Positions 50,579 through 61,530 are shown, numbered from the stretch's first letter. The stretch: 64,000 nt of DNA from Aulosira sp. ZfuVER01 (GCA_034530615.2 JAVRCV020000083.1:32001-96000); one strand, 5' to 3'. Numbers and translations are program-made. Notes: generated from the sequence alone by a model not told the origin.

Positions 50579-52147
50579 GTGAACCAAAGCTCATTTGCAT
50601 CTCCAAAAGGTACAGGTTTACTTGCCAATCGTTATAAATTGATAAAGGTAATTGGCAACGGAGGCATGGGCAAGGTTTTTTTAGCAAATGATATTTTGCT
50701 AGGAGGAATACCAGTTGCGATAAAATTCCTCACGCAAACTGTTGCCGATCCAAAGATGCAAAAAGATTTTGCTAGAGAAGCTCTAATGAGTGCAGCTTTG
50801 AGCCAAAAAACTATACATATAGTCAGGGCGTATGATTATGGTGTCAGTGAAAAAGGCAACCCGTTTTACGCCATGGAATATTTATCTGGCAAGTGTTTAA
50901 AGGAATTAATTCCCGTAAATTTATCAATGTTTATGACTTTGACACGCCAGATTTGCTTGGGCTTACAATGTGCCCATCAAGGCATAAACATGGACGGTAA
51001 TATTTATCCGCTAGTTCATCGAGATATTAAACCAGCGAACATATTAGTTATTCCCGATCCCATATTAGGTCAGTTAGTAAAAATCCTAGATTTTGGGATT
51101 GCTAAATTTTTAAATTATGCAACAACCATCAGCACAAATAAAGGATTTCACGGCACATTACCCTACTGTTCGCCAGAACAACTAGAGGGAGGAGAATTAG
51201 ATAGCCGCTCCGACATTTATAGCCTAGGCGTGATGATGTTTGAAATGCTCACAGGTGAAAAACCTTGGCAACCAGAAACCGATCATTTTGGTGCTTGGTA
51301 TAAAGCACATCACTTTGAAACACCAAAAGCGATCGCACAGGTTAAACCTCATCTACAATTGCCACAAGAATTAAACGATCTAATTATGGCTTGTTTGGAG
51401 AAGCAAGTCAGCGATCGCCCGCAAAATATGGCTCAACTGCTACAAGTTTTAGAAAATATCAATCGGTCTAATTATCTCAGCTTGCCTACAAATGAGAGGA
51501 TAGGGGAAGTGAGCCGTAAAATCCAAGTAGAATCCGCCAATAAGAATTCCTCAAATCTTCCTCTCATCTCTGAGTTACCTGTAACTGTAGAACAAACTTG
51601 CTGGAAACTTACCTGGCCGGAAAACAAACCAATTCAAGAAATTGTTTTTCCCCAGCTTTTAGATATCGAAGCAAAACCTGTAGCATCAATATGGCTGATG
51701 TTGTCCAAACAAGAGATCAAACAACGTGCCATTTCTATCCGTTACAACGAGTTTCTCTTCATCACATCTCCTCACCCCATGCTGCTGTGGCTGACAGTCC
51801 TGTACAATCGCAAACTCGGCCCTAAGTGGCTACCCTGCTATCTCGATATGCAGAACCCGCAAAATCATCAGCTGGTGTCTTCCTTGGCAGAAAATGAACG
51901 CTACCCGCTAATTTTATTTACTCTCGAACCACCTCACTCCTGTGCCAGCGTTATCAGCAGTTACATCGAGCCTACGCAGCGGCAAATGTTGAAAAGTTGG
52001 GTAAAAAAGAGTCAAAGCCTACCACCCTCTTCTCAGTGCCAGTTGAGCAAAAACATCTTAAAGCAGCAGTATCGGCAAATGCAATCTCAAATACAGCAGC
52101 ATCTGGCATCAATGCCGCAGCCTATAGCATCAGGCGCTTTGGGATGA
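50579..52147 (+). CDS. Hanks-type Ser/Thr protein kinase, paralogue of the upstream gene
   Basis: GNGGMGKV, VAIK, HRDIKPAN, DFG and YCSPE motifs, plus the same C-terminal domain. Confidence 0.93.
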   Translation: MNQSSFASPKGTGLLANRYKLIKVIGNGGMGKVFLANDILLGGIPVAIKFLTQTVADPKMQKDFAREALMSAALSQKTIHIVRAYDYGVSEKGNPFYAMEYLSGKCLKELIPVNLSMFMTLTRQICLGLQCAHQGINMDGNIYPLVHRDIKPANILVIPDPILGQLVKILDFGIAKFLNYATTISTNKGFHGTLPYCSPEQLEGGELDSRSDIYSLGVMMFEMLTGEKPWQPETDHFGAWYKAHHFETPKAIAQVKPHLQLPQELNDLIMACLEKQVSDRPQNMAQLLQVLENINRSNYLSLPTNERIGEVSRKIQVESANKNSSNLPLISELPVTVEQTCWKLTWPENKPIQEIVFPQLLDIEAKPVASIWLMLSKQEIKQRAISIRYNEFLFITSPHPMLLWLTVLYNRKLGPKWLPCYLDMQNPQNHQLVSSLAENERYPLILFTLEPPHSCASVISSYIEPTQRQMLKSWVKKSQSLPPSSQCQLSKNILKQQYRQMQSQIQQHLASMPQPIASGALG

Positions 52148-52149
52148 CA

Positions 52150-52583
52150 CGAAAGGGAGCAGGGGAGGATGAGGTAGATGAGGGGGACAAGGGAGACCAC
52201 GGAGACAAGGGGGAAAAGAAATTTTAGATTTTGCGAAAAGTTGCGTGCGGTGAGTCCAGTCCTGTTCGGCGAAGCCGTTCCCAAAGGGTAGGCGGGTTTC
52301 CCGCCGTAGGGAACTGGCGTTAGCGACGTTCGCGAAGCGTCTCCCCTTGGGAGAAGGAGCGCCACCCGAAGGGGGGTTCCCCCCGTTGAGCAACGCCAGT
52401 TGCTTTAAGTCGGGAAACCCGACGCCAGTTGCTACAACGGAGGGAACCTCCGCAACGCACTGGCTCAACTTTTCAAGACAGATTTTGGATTTTAGATTGA
52501 ATCCAATCCAAAATCGCAAATCCAAAATCCAAAATTGTTTCCAATGCCCAATGACCAATGCTCAGTGCCCAATAACCAATGAC
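52150..52583. repeat. Composite of nested small dispersed repeats and heptamer tandem repeats (STRR-like)
   Basis: GC hairpins at 52231-52479 and heptamer runs (aatccaa)n and (ccaatgc/ccaatga)n. Confidence 0.85.
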
Positions 52584-52608
52584 TTCTAAATTTCTCTCTT
52601 CTAGATAC

Positions 52609-52637
52609 TTGACAAGTCGAAAAAAAATGCACATAAT
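52609..52637 (+). promoter_or_regulatory. Sigma70-type promoter of tRNA-Asp
   Basis: TTGACA-17 nt-CATAAT. Confidence 0.8.
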
Positions 52638-52655
52638 AACAAAGTTGCCAATTAA

Positions 52656-52729
52656 GGGACTGTAGTTCAATTGGTTAGAGCACCGCCCTGTCACGGCGGA
52701 AGTTGCGGGTTCGAGCCCCGTCAGTCCCG
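52656..52729 (+). tRNA. trnD: tRNA-Asp (GUC)
   Basis: GGGACTG/CAGTCCC acceptor stem, anticodon arm ccgcc-ctGTCac-ggcgg and GTTCGAG T-loop. CCA is not encoded. Confidence 0.98.
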
Positions 52730-52901
52730 TAGAAAATTGATGAGTTATGAGTGCCAAGTCCTGAGTAGATCGGGGTAAGAAAAGGGGATTTTCAATGTTT
52801 ACTTGAAAATTTATTTCTACTATACCCATTGAGCGATCGCCTAAAACTCGGCATTCAAGGCTTGTTATATTAATCATGCTTTGAGAAAGAGAGAAAGAAC
52901 T

Positions 52902-54347
52902 GTGACCGTTAGAGTCCGTATTGCTCCAAGTCCCACGGGAAATTTACATATTGGTACAGCCAGAACGGCTGTGTTTAACTGGCTATTTGCCCGCCACCAC
53001 GGTGGGACGTTCATTCTGCGCATTGAAGACACAGACCTAGAGCGATCGCGTCCCGAATACACAGAGAATATCCTCGAAGGGCTGCGTTGGTTGGGACTGA
53101 ACTGGGATGAAGGCCCATTTTTTCAATCTCAACGCCTGGATCTCTACAAACAAGCAGTAGAAAAACTGCTAGAACAAGGATTAGCTTATCGCTGCTATAC
53201 CACTTCTGAAGAACTAGAAGCTTTGCGGGAAAGCCAGAAAGCTAAAGGGGAAGCACCACGCTATGACAATCGTCACCGCAATCTCACTCCAGAACAAGAA
53301 GCCGCTTTCAAAGCTGAAGGCCGTAGCTTTGTAATTCGCTTCAAAATCGAAGATGAGCGTGAGATTGTATGGCATGACTTAGTAAGAGGAAAAATGTCTT
53401 GGCGAGGTAGCGATCTCGGTGGTGATATGGTCATCGCCCGCGCTTCCGAAGCAGGTGTTGGTCAACCACTGTACAACTTTGTCGTTGTGGTTGACGACAT
53501 AGATATGCAAATCACCCATATCATCCGGGGAGAAGACCATATAGCCAACACAGCCAAACAAATTCTCTTATACGAAGCTTTGGGGGCGAAAATACCAGAA
53601 TTTGCTCACTCACCGCTAATTTTGAACATGGAAGGGCGCAAACTCTCGAAGCGGGATGGTGTTACTTCCATTTCTGACTTTAAAAATTTAGGCTTCACCC
53701 CCGAAGCTTTGGTTAATTACATGACTTTGTTGGGTTGGTCGCCACCAGACTCTACTCAAGAAATATTCACCTTAGAAGCCGCAGCTAAAGAATTCAGCTT
53801 TGAGCGTGTCAATAAAGCAGGTGCAAAGTTTGACTGGGCAAAATTGGATTGGTTAAACAGTCAGTACATTCACAGTACCTCAGTAGATAAGCTGACAGAT
53901 TTAGTCATACCCTATTGGGAAGAAGCAGGTTTTAAATTTGATGGCGGACGAGATCGCACTTGGTTAGAGCAACTAGTAGCTTTAATTGGCCCGAGCCTGA
54001 CGCGCCTCAAAGATGCTGTAGCTCAGAGCCAACTGTTCTTTACTGATACAGTTGAATTTAGCGAAGAAGCAAGTAAACAATTGCAGCAAGAAGGTTCTGC
54101 GGCTGCGCTCCAAGGCATTCTTACAGCTTTAGACAATCAAGAGCAATTGCCAGAAGCCACCGCGCAAGAAATTATTAAACAGGTGGTAAAAGCCCAAAAT
54201 GTGAAGAAAGGGTTGGTAATGCGATCGCTCAGAGCCGCCTTAACTGGGGATGTTCATGGCCCTGACTTAATCCAATCTTGGTTACTACTTAACAAAATTG
54301 GTTTAGATCGCTCACGCTTAAGTAAAGCTATAACCGCAGGCAGTTAA
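52902..54347 (+). CDS. gltX: Glutamate--tRNA ligase
   Basis: [25 protein letters not shown] and KLSKR motifs. GTG start at 52902. Confidence 0.97.
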   Translation: MTVRVRIAPSPTGNLHIGTARTAVFNWLFARHHGGTFILRIEDTDLERSRPEYTENILEGLRWLGLNWDEGPFFQSQRLDLYKQAVEKLLEQGLAYRCYTTSEELEALRESQKAKGEAPRYDNRHRNLTPEQEAAFKAEGRSFVIRFKIEDEREIVWHDLVRGKMSWRGSDLGGDMVIARASEAGVGQPLYNFVVVVDDIDMQITHIIRGEDHIANTAKQILLYEALGAKIPEFAHSPLILNMEGRKLSKRDGVTSISDFKNLGFTPEALVNYMTLLGWSPPDSTQEIFTLEAAAKEFSFERVNKAGAKFDWAKLDWLNSQYIHSTSVDKLTDLVIPYWEEAGFKFDGGRDRTWLEQLVALIGPSLTRLKDAVAQSQLFFTDTVEFSEEASKQLQQEGSAAALQGILTALDNQEQLPEATAQEIIKQVVKAQNVKKGLVMRSLRAALTGDVHGPDLIQSWLLLNKIGLDRSRLSKAITAGS

Positions 54348-54371
54348 CTCCTGTCTTGGGGAATATTTTAG

Positions 54372-54407
54372 ATTAATAGAGGCACACCTAAGTGTGCCTC
54401 TATTAAT
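54372..54407. terminator. Perfect 16-bp hairpin downstream of gltX
   Basis: attaatagaggcacac-ctaa-gtgtgcctctattaat. Confidence 0.65.
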
Positions 54408-54583
54408 AATTAAGAGCAGCCACAAGAATTGTGAGCCGTGGCACTAAATACAAACCCAGTTCCTGGGAAACTAAATCAACCCTTCGGCGTGCATCTTCCA
54501 AAAGTAGTTAATTATTCTATTTTTGGGAACTTGGTGTGTAAAATTCATGTCATCAACTCCACTTAGATAACCATGTAATTAAA

Positions 54584-55078
54584 ATGCCGAAAAGAGCGCT
54601 CAATAAAGGGATAAGATTATCATTAGTGGTATTTACACTCTTCGTCACATCAATCACTCATGCCGGAGCGGATGTGCCAGCAACGCCAGCAATATTTGGA
54701 GACGCCACCATCGGCAAGAACTTTTCCCCAGATCCCTTCACTGTTCGGGGTATGAGTGGCGGCTCAGTCTCTGGGAACCAAGTTGCGAAGAGAACGGAAA
54801 CTGCCACTGGCCCATGCACGGGATTTGTTGATGAAGCACCAGACCATAAATTGGAATTAACAAATAAATTTGATTACTTGAAGCTGCAAGTGCAAAGTCC
54901 TGAAGATACTACGCTTATAGTCAAAGGCCCTGGTGGCACATGGTGCAATGATGAGTTTGATGGTAAAAATCCAGGCATAGTTGGTGAATGGCTTCCAGGG
55001 ACTTACCAGATTTGGGTTGGTTCCTATGTTAAAGGCAAGTATTTCCCTTACACACTCCAAATTACAGAAGTTAAATGA
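54584..55078 (+). CDS. Secreted hypothetical protein with a PPC-like beta-sandwich
   Basis: Signal peptide, CTGFVDEAPDH, DTTLIVKGP..WCNDE and GTYQIWVG. Confidence 0.7.
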   Translation: MPKRALNKGIRLSLVVFTLFVTSITHAGADVPATPAIFGDATIGKNFSPDPFTVRGMSGGSVSGNQVAKRTETATGPCTGFVDEAPDHKLELTNKFDYLKLQVQSPEDTTLIVKGPGGTWCNDEFDGKNPGIVGEWLPGTYQIWVGSYVKGKYFPYTLQITEVK

Positions 55079-55612
55079 GATACTTGCAACCTCCAATACA
55101 TCAGCCTCAGAGCTAGAATTTCAGCATCCAAAATTGGGTATCCACAATAGGATAGAGGGGTAGAGGAATGGCAATGACTGAGAAAGCAGGCTTTATTAAA
55201 GCTTCCTCATCTTGACTTTCCCCAGCCCTCTTGTTTTTTGTGGTGCAATTTTGTATTAAAATTAAGTTAACTTTAATTAAGATTCGTGCTGTCGTTATAG
55301 ATTTGCTGTAATGACCTTAGAGCTTGTATAGCCATGCACGTAAAACATCAGATTAAACAAAATGGATTTATCAAGATCCGTTTCCCAGCGATTCAGCAAC
55401 CAAGAAAGGATGGATGATGACAAAAAAGTTTTAAATTCCAAGATTAAACGCCCTCTGGGGAGCGTAGCCAAAAGCTAGCGCCGCTAACAGGGTAAGTTAG
55501 GTTGAAAAATTTTATACTTTTTACTCCACTCTCATCTTGAAATAAACAGGGTGATTGCATCATTCGGTTGCTAAAGCTGATGAATTTTATTGGCATCTAG
55601 AGGCAGATTAAG

Positions 55613-57499
55613 ATGAAATTTTCTTGGAAAGTCCTGTTACTTTGGACATTGCCTGCTTTGGTAATTGGCTTTTTCTTTTGGCAAGGGGCATTTGCTAGCG
55701 CTCCTGCTGACATGACTAAGAATGCAGCCAATACCCGCATGACCTATGGTCGCTTTCTGGAATATTTGGACGCTAATCGCGTCAGTAGTGTAGATCTTTA
55801 TGAAGGCGGCAGAACAGCAATTGTCGAAGCCGTGGATCAAGATATCGAAAATCGCGTCCAACGGTGGCGGGTAGATCTGCCTGTTAACGCACCGGAGTTA
55901 ATCAGCAAGCTTAAAGAAAAAGGCATTAGTTTTGATGCCCACCCCATGCGCAATGATGGTGCTATCTGGGGACTGCTAGGCAATCTCGTTTTTCCGATTT
56001 TATTGATTACCGGATTGTTCTTTTTGTTCCGTCGCTCTAGCAATCTTCCAGGCGGACCAGGTCAAGCAATGAACTTCGGTAAGTCAAAAGCTCGCTTTCA
56101 AATGGAAGCTAAAACCGGAGTTAAATTTGACGACGTAGCAGGTATTGAAGAAGCTAAAGAGGAACTACAAGAAGTTGTCACCTTCCTCAAACAGCCAGAA
56201 AGATTTACTGCTGTAGGCGCACGCATTCCCAAAGGGGTGCTGTTAGTTGGTCCTCCAGGAACCGGTAAAACTTTACTAGCAAAAGCGATCGCCGGTGAAG
56301 CTGGTGTACCTTTCTTCAGCATTTCCGGTTCAGAATTTGTAGAAATGTTCGTCGGTGTGGGTGCATCCCGCGTGCGCGACTTGTTCAAAAAAGCTAAAGA
56401 CAACGCTCCTTGTATCATCTTTATTGATGAAATTGACGCTGTAGGTAGACAGCGGGGTGCTGGTATCGGTGGTGGTAACGATGAGAGGGAGCAAACCCTC
56501 AACCAACTACTCACCGAAATGGATGGTTTTGAAGGTAACACAGGCATCATTATTATTGCTGCCACCAACCGTCCCGATGTATTAGACTCAGCATTGTTGC
56601 GTCCGGGACGCTTTGACCGCCAAGTAACCGTTGATGCACCAGACATCAAAGGACGTTTGGAAATCTTACAAGTCCACGCTCGGAATAAGAAATTAGACCC
56701 CAGTGTATCCTTAGATGCGATCGCTCGTCGCACTCCTGGTTTTACAGGTGCAGATTTAGCCAACTTACTCAACGAAGCTGCTATTCTCACCGCCAGAAGA
56801 CGGAAAGAAGGAATTACCCTCAGCGAAATTGATGATGCTGTAGATCGGGTAGTTGCTGGGATGGAAGGTACTCCCCTGGTTGATAGCAAGAGCAAGCGCT
56901 TGATTGCTTACCACGAAGTTGGACACGCTTTAGTGGGAACTCTGTTAAAAGACCACGATCCAGTACAAAAAGTTACCCTCATTCCTCGCGGACAAGCACA
57001 GGGTTTAACTTGGTTTACTCCCAACGAAGAACAGGGTTTGATTTCCCGTTCCCAACTGAAAGCGCGGATTACTGGTGCTTTGGGTGGACGCGCTGCGGAA
57101 GAAGTAATTTTTGGACCGGCGGAAGTTACCACTGGTGCAGGTGGCGACTTACAACAGTTGTCGGGAATGGCTAGACAAATGGTAACTAGGTTTGGGATGT
57201 CAGATTTAGGCCCCTTGTCCCTGGAAAGCCAACAGGGAGAAGTGTTCTTAGGTCGTGACTGGACAACCCGATCTGAGTATTCCGAAGCGATCGCATCTCG
57301 GATTGATGGTCAAGTGAGAGCTATTGTAGAAGACTGCTACGAAACAGCCAAGAAGATGATTCGTGAAAATCGTAGTGTCACAGATCGTTTAGTCGATTTG
57401 CTCATCGAGAAAGAAACCATTGACGGCACAGAATTTCGTCAGATTGTGGCTGAGTACACAAACGTACCTGAGAAACCTCAGTATGTACCACAGCTATAA
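55613..57499 (+). CDS. ftsH2: ATP-dependent zinc metalloprotease FtsH2
   Basis: [17 protein letters not shown] ([10 protein letters not shown]) and HEVGH motifs. The MKFSW...GFFFWQG / [12 protein letters not shown]-terminus is FtsH2-type. Confidence 0.95.
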   Translation: MKFSWKVLLLWTLPALVIGFFFWQGAFASAPADMTKNAANTRMTYGRFLEYLDANRVSSVDLYEGGRTAIVEAVDQDIENRVQRWRVDLPVNAPELISKLKEKGISFDAHPMRNDGAIWGLLGNLVFPILLITGLFFLFRRSSNLPGGPGQAMNFGKSKARFQMEAKTGVKFDDVAGIEEAKEELQEVVTFLKQPERFTAVGARIPKGVLLVGPPGTGKTLLAKAIAGEAGVPFFSISGSEFVEMFVGVGASRVRDLFKKAKDNAPCIIFIDEIDAVGRQRGAGIGGGNDEREQTLNQLLTEMDGFEGNTGIIIIAATNRPDVLDSALLRPGRFDRQVTVDAPDIKGRLEILQVHARNKKLDPSVSLDAIARRTPGFTGADLANLLNEAAILTARRRKEGITLSEIDDAVDRVVAGMEGTPLVDSKSKRLIAYHEVGHALVGTLLKDHDPVQKVTLIPRGQAQGLTWFTPNEEQGLISRSQLKARITGALGGRAAEEVIFGPAEVTTGAGGDLQQLSGMARQMVTRFGMSDLGPLSLESQQGEVFLGRDWTTRSEYSEAIASRIDGQVRAIVEDCYETAKKMIRENRSVTDRLVDLLIEKETIDGTEFRQIVAEYTNVPEKPQYVPQL

Positions 57500-57519
57500 T
57501 TAGTGATTTAAAATTCCGC

Positions 57520-57553
57520 AAATGGGTATGGTTAGCTAACCATGCCCATTTTT
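57520..57553 (+). terminator. Intrinsic terminator after ftsH2
   Basis: aaatgggtatggtt-agct-aaccatgcccattt followed by further Ts. Confidence 0.75.
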
Positions 57554-57671
57554 ATTTATCTTGTAGGTAATCCACAAAGTTTGATTTGTGTAGTTGCGAC
57601 TTCATTAGTTCAGGATTCAATTCCACTAAAATCAAAGCAGAAACGATATGCTAAAAAACCTTTAACAACAA

Positions 57672-58064
57672 ATGTCCGCCAAAAAATTAGAGGCTTTAAT
57701 CAGCAAAACTGTAAAGAAGGTAATCAAAAAAGAAATAGGTAAACTAAAAGAGAATAATTTACCGATTGTCTCAAACCAGAAGCATTACCCATTAGACAAT
57801 TTTGTAGAAAATGTTGCCGCCTGGGAAGACAAAGGCGCTACAGAAGAAATTATTGATGATATATATACCAGTCGTTACGTCAGTTTACCTTCAAAAGAAG
57901 ACGCAGAACTTGAGCGTAAGTTGCGAGAACTAAAATTTAAACAAGAACTTAGGAAAGATTGGATATCATTTCTTTTGAGAGAAGTAATAGTATATTCTGC
58001 TACTGTGATTTTTATATTTACTGTTACTGGTTTTTATCTATTCACTCTGATTACTAAGTATTAA
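57672..58064 (+). CDS. Hypothetical protein with a C-terminal TM helix (possibly truncated or chimeric)
   Basis: 130-aa ATG ORF; a hydrophobic frame continues past the stop. Confidence 0.5.
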   Translation: MSAKKLEALISKTVKKVIKKEIGKLKENNLPIVSNQKHYPLDNFVENVAAWEDKGATEEIIDDIYTSRYVSLPSKEDAELERKLRELKFKQELRKDWISFLLREVIVYSATVIFIFTVTGFYLFTLITKY

Positions 58065-58632
58065 TTGGTGTGTATTGCCATTATTAGCGTTATATTTATT
58101 GTAAGTAATCAATCATGAAAGATGATTATCCTATGAAATCAAAGTTGCCATTAAGGGTTTCAAAGTAGGTTAATACCAGAATTAGATATCAATTTATTAG
58201 TACGTTGTGTTTTAATGCCTTCAATAATTGAAGCTAGGACAGAGTTTATCCAAGGAATTCGGCAGTAGTTTAGCCATTCTCATATCTCTGTGCCTCTGTA
58301 GTTAGATAAATTACTTTTGAACCGCAGAGAGAAAAACAGATTTTATTTGGTGATCGTGCGATCGCGCTTCAGCAACGTCAAGGATGCTCGCACTGCAAGC
58401 AGTCTCATCCACAACATTAATATAAGTATTTTTTCGTAACTATTTTTACAGGCGACGAAGCAAACTTGCTGAAAGTAGACTCTTGTGTATATCCAGGAAA
58501 ACTTTACTGGATATAACGGCTACTTTGATGGGTAACTCTGCAAACAAGTATCATGCTTGCTTTGCTTCATGGCAATTTTCCTGTCAGGGTGTTGAATTTC
58601 TCCATTCGCAAGTTTGATGGAACTTTAGAAAT

Positions 58633-59223
58633 ATGATCGGGCTTTTAATATTTTTGGTTGTTGTAATTGCCACCGTAGTTGTCATTATCATTAGTAGCTA
58701 CAACGATTTAGTCAAGTTTCGCAATCGCTACAAAAATGCTTACTCCCAAATTGATGTGCAATTACAGCGTCGCTATGACTTAATTCCCAATTTAGTGGAA
58801 ACTGCTAAAGGTTACATGAAACATGAACGGGAAACCCTGGAAGCAGTGATTGCAGCCCGGAATTCTGCGGTGAATGCTAGCAGCCGTGCTGTGCAAAACC
58901 CTGGCGATCCGCAAACGATGCAGCAGTTGGGTAATGCGGAAGCAGCGCTGACGGGTGCGTTAAGCCGCTTGATGGTACTTTCGGAAGCGTACCCTGAACT
59001 CAAAGCCGATCGCTCAATGAGTCAGGTGATGGAGGAACTATCTTCTACAGAAAACCGGATTGCTTTTGCACGTCAGGCTTTTAATGATGCTGTGACACTC
59101 TACAACACTAAAAGCGAGTCTTTTCCCAGCAACTTAGTGGCACGTAGTTTTAACTTTACTAATGCTGAGTTGCTGCAAGAAGCCACACCAGAAATGAAAA
59201 CTGCTCCCCGCGTGTCTTTTTAG
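58633..59223 (+). CDS. lemA: LemA family protein
   Basis: N-terminal TM, IDVQLQRRYDLIPNLV, EAYPELKAD and ENRIAFARQAFND..YN..FPSN motifs. Confidence 0.95.
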   Translation: MIGLLIFLVVVIATVVVIIISSYNDLVKFRNRYKNAYSQIDVQLQRRYDLIPNLVETAKGYMKHERETLEAVIAARNSAVNASSRAVQNPGDPQTMQQLGNAEAALTGALSRLMVLSEAYPELKADRSMSQVMEELSSTENRIAFARQAFNDAVTLYNTKSESFPSNLVARSFNFTNAELLQEATPEMKTAPRVSF

Positions 59224-59229
59224 GTGTCT

Positions 59230-61149
59230 ATGAATTTCTTTGAACATCAGGATAAAGCACGCCAAAACACGCAACAATTAATCGGGTTATTTGCCCTGTC
59301 GATCGCAGTTATGGTTGTGGCGATTTATATTGCTGCGTTATTTCTGTTTCGCATGGCTCCCCGGGTTTGGTGGCATTCAGGATTATTTCTGTCCGTGGCT
59401 GGTGTCACCATTATTGCGATCGCTCTCGCAAGTTTGTATAAAATTTTATATCTGCGGGAGGGAGGCAGTATTATTGCCCAGGAGTTGGGAGGACGGCTCC
59501 TGCTACCAGAAATGGCAGATGAACAAGGGCGACAACTGTTAAATATTGTCGAGGAAATGGCGATCGCTTCGGGTATTTCTGTACCAGAAGTCTATCTCCT
59601 AGAATCAGAACACGGTATTAATGCTTTCGCTGCTGGGTTTTCACCTAACGATGCTGTAATTGGAGTTACCCGTGGTAGTTTACAACATCTGAACCGAGAT
59701 GAATTACAAGGGGTAATCGGTCATGAATTCAGTCACATTCTCAATGGAGATATGCGGCTGAATTTGCGTTTGATGGGACTGCTACACGGGATTTTATTTA
59801 TTTACTTAGCCGGGGAATTGCTGTGGCGCTGGCGCGTTCGCAGTAGCTCTAGCGAAGATAAAGGTTTGCCTCTGTGGGCATTTGGTTTAGCACTGATGGC
59901 AATTGGCGGTATCGGATTACTCTGCGGTCGCCTAATTAAAGCCGCAGTCTCTCGTCAAAGAGAATTTCTAGCTGATGCTTCGGCGGTACAATTTACTCGC
60001 AACCCCGATGGCATGACTGGAGTACTGCAAAAACTCCAACAGATGGATTCACGCTTGATTACACCAGGTGCAGAAGCCGCCAGCCATATGTTCTTTGGCA
60101 ATGCTCTCAAACCTTCCTTTTGGGAAGATATGTTTGCTACTCACCCACCCCTTGCAGAACGTATCCGCCGTGTTGGGGGTTTAAATGCTCGCGATTTAGC
60201 TGCAATGCCATTGCCTATGCGTAATCAGCCGCACTCTCAGGATGGGTTAGCAATGGGTTTTGCTGGTGGTGGAAATACTACAGCATTTACGCCAGAACAA
60301 ATAGTCAAGCAGGTGGGAAGCGTTGCACCAGAGAATTTTGCCCATGCTCAAGCGTTGTTGGCACAGTTACCAGAAACTCTACGCTTGGGTGTGCGAGAAC
60401 AGCAAAGTGCAACAGCGATCGCTTTTGCGCTAGCTTTAGATACAGAAAATCCCCAGGTGCAAGAACGCCAAATCGCTTGGTTAACACAAGTGCAGCCTGC
60501 TGAGTTGGTAGAGAAAACCCTGGAATTTAGTAGGGAAGTCAGCCAATTAGATCCCAACCTGCGCCTACCTCTTGTCGATTTGACAGTACCTGCATTACGG
60601 CAAACTTCCGCTAAAGAATGTCAAAGGTTGTGCAAATGCGTCCAAGGTTTAGTGACAGCTAGAGGAAGTTTATCTCTGTGGGATTTTGTGTTGCAACTAG
60701 TACTGTGGTATCGACTCCAGCCTTGTATCAATCCCACGTCAACCACAACAGTAGAATTCACCTCTATAGAACAGATTTGGCCAGATAGCATATTAGTGCT
60801 GTCAGCACTAGCACGAGTGGGACAATCTCAACCTGATGAAATCGCTTATGCTTTCCGTTCTGGTGTTTTTCGACTTCCGGGAGCCGGACAGCAAGAAAAA
60901 CCAGATGCGCCTGTTGCTTGTAACTTTGCCGATATCAAGAAAAGTATTGAGCGCCTCCGGCTTGCTAGTCCTAAACTTAAGCAAGTTCTTGTTGATGCCT
61001 GCGCTCACACTGTACTCCTAGATAACAAAGTTACTCCATCAGAGGCAGATTTGCTGAGAGCGATCGCTATGACGCTAGATTGTCCCATACCCCCATTTTT
61101 AAATTCCCAACGAGGTTTTCCCAAATCTAAACAATCTTCTGCAAAATGA
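59230..61149 (+). CDS. M48 family (HtpX-like) metallopeptidase with a long C-terminal extension
   Basis: NIVEEMAIASG, INAFAAG, GHEFSH, SRQREFLADA and THPP motifs. Directly follows lemA. Confidence 0.92.
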   Translation: MNFFEHQDKARQNTQQLIGLFALSIAVMVVAIYIAALFLFRMAPRVWWHSGLFLSVAGVTIIAIALASLYKILYLREGGSIIAQELGGRLLLPEMADEQGRQLLNIVEEMAIASGISVPEVYLLESEHGINAFAAGFSPNDAVIGVTRGSLQHLNRDELQGVIGHEFSHILNGDMRLNLRLMGLLHGILFIYLAGELLWRWRVRSSSSEDKGLPLWAFGLALMAIGGIGLLCGRLIKAAVSRQREFLADASAVQFTRNPDGMTGVLQKLQQMDSRLITPGAEAASHMFFGNALKPSFWEDMFATHPPLAERIRRVGGLNARDLAAMPLPMRNQPHSQDGLAMGFAGGGNTTAFTPEQIVKQVGSVAPENFAHAQALLAQLPETLRLGVREQQSATAIAFALALDTENPQVQERQIAWLTQVQPAELVEKTLEFSREVSQLDPNLRLPLVDLTVPALRQTSAKECQRLCKCVQGLVTARGSLSLWDFVLQLVLWYRLQPCINPTSTTTVEFTSIEQIWPDSILVLSALARVGQSQPDEIAYAFRSGVFRLPGAGQQEKPDAPVACNFADIKKSIERLRLASPKLKQVLVDACAHTVLLDNKVTPSEADLLRAIAMTLDCPIPPFLNSQRGFPKSKQSSAK

Positions 61150-61156
61150 AGAATAT

Positions 61157-61188
61157 ATGTAGAGACTGTATATGTAACGTCTCTACAT
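61157..61188. repeat. GTAGAGAC...GTCTCTAC dispersed palindrome
   Basis: atgtagagactgtatatgtaacgtctctacat. Confidence 0.6.
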
Positions 61189-61330
61189 GGTTTTGGGTTT
61201 GACGCTTGTTCATCGGTGAGACGTTAAGATAAAGTAAGTTTCGTCAATCAGTCAAAATACTTTTACAATTAAAAAAGAGAGCTTCTGATACTGCGAATAT
61301 CCTTAGCTCCCAAAAATCAATACACTTGAT

Positions 61331-61363
61331 GTAAAGCTCTGTTGTAAATCAGCAGAGCTTTAC
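61331..61363. terminator. Hairpin overlapping the stop of the 56-aa ORF
   Basis: gtaaagctctg ... cagagctttac, an 11-bp perfect stem. Confidence 0.6.
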
Positions 61364-61530
61364 TTTTTATCATCCTTATCATCGTGATGTGTAGCTAGAG
61401 TAGCTAATACTTGTACCGCACCAGGAATAATCATTCTTGATTCATCCTCAAGATTTGGCGTAAATAAAGCCACAATACTAGCTACTAAAACCATTGTTAC
61501 TACAAACAAAGCGTAATTGATTCTGTTCAT
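61360..61530 (-). CDS. Small membrane protein, 56 aa (absent from the ORF track)
   Basis: MNRINYALFVVTMVLVASIVALFTPNLEDESRMIIPGAVQVLATLATHHDDKDDKK*. Confidence 0.55.
   Translation of the reverse strand: MNRINYALFVVTMVLVASIVALFTPNLEDESRMIIPGAVQVLATLATHHDDKDDKK

Noticed and set aside
52656..52760. tRNA-Asp as an island integration site
   Set aside because: No integrase is present and I saw no duplicated tRNA 3' end; gltX follows directly.
52087..52877. Several overlapping ORFs of 76-142 aa
   Set aside because: They run through repeats or are antisense to tRNA-Asp.
56098..57132. Long antisense ORFs (265 and 74 aa)
   Set aside because: They are shadows of the conserved ftsH2 coding strand.
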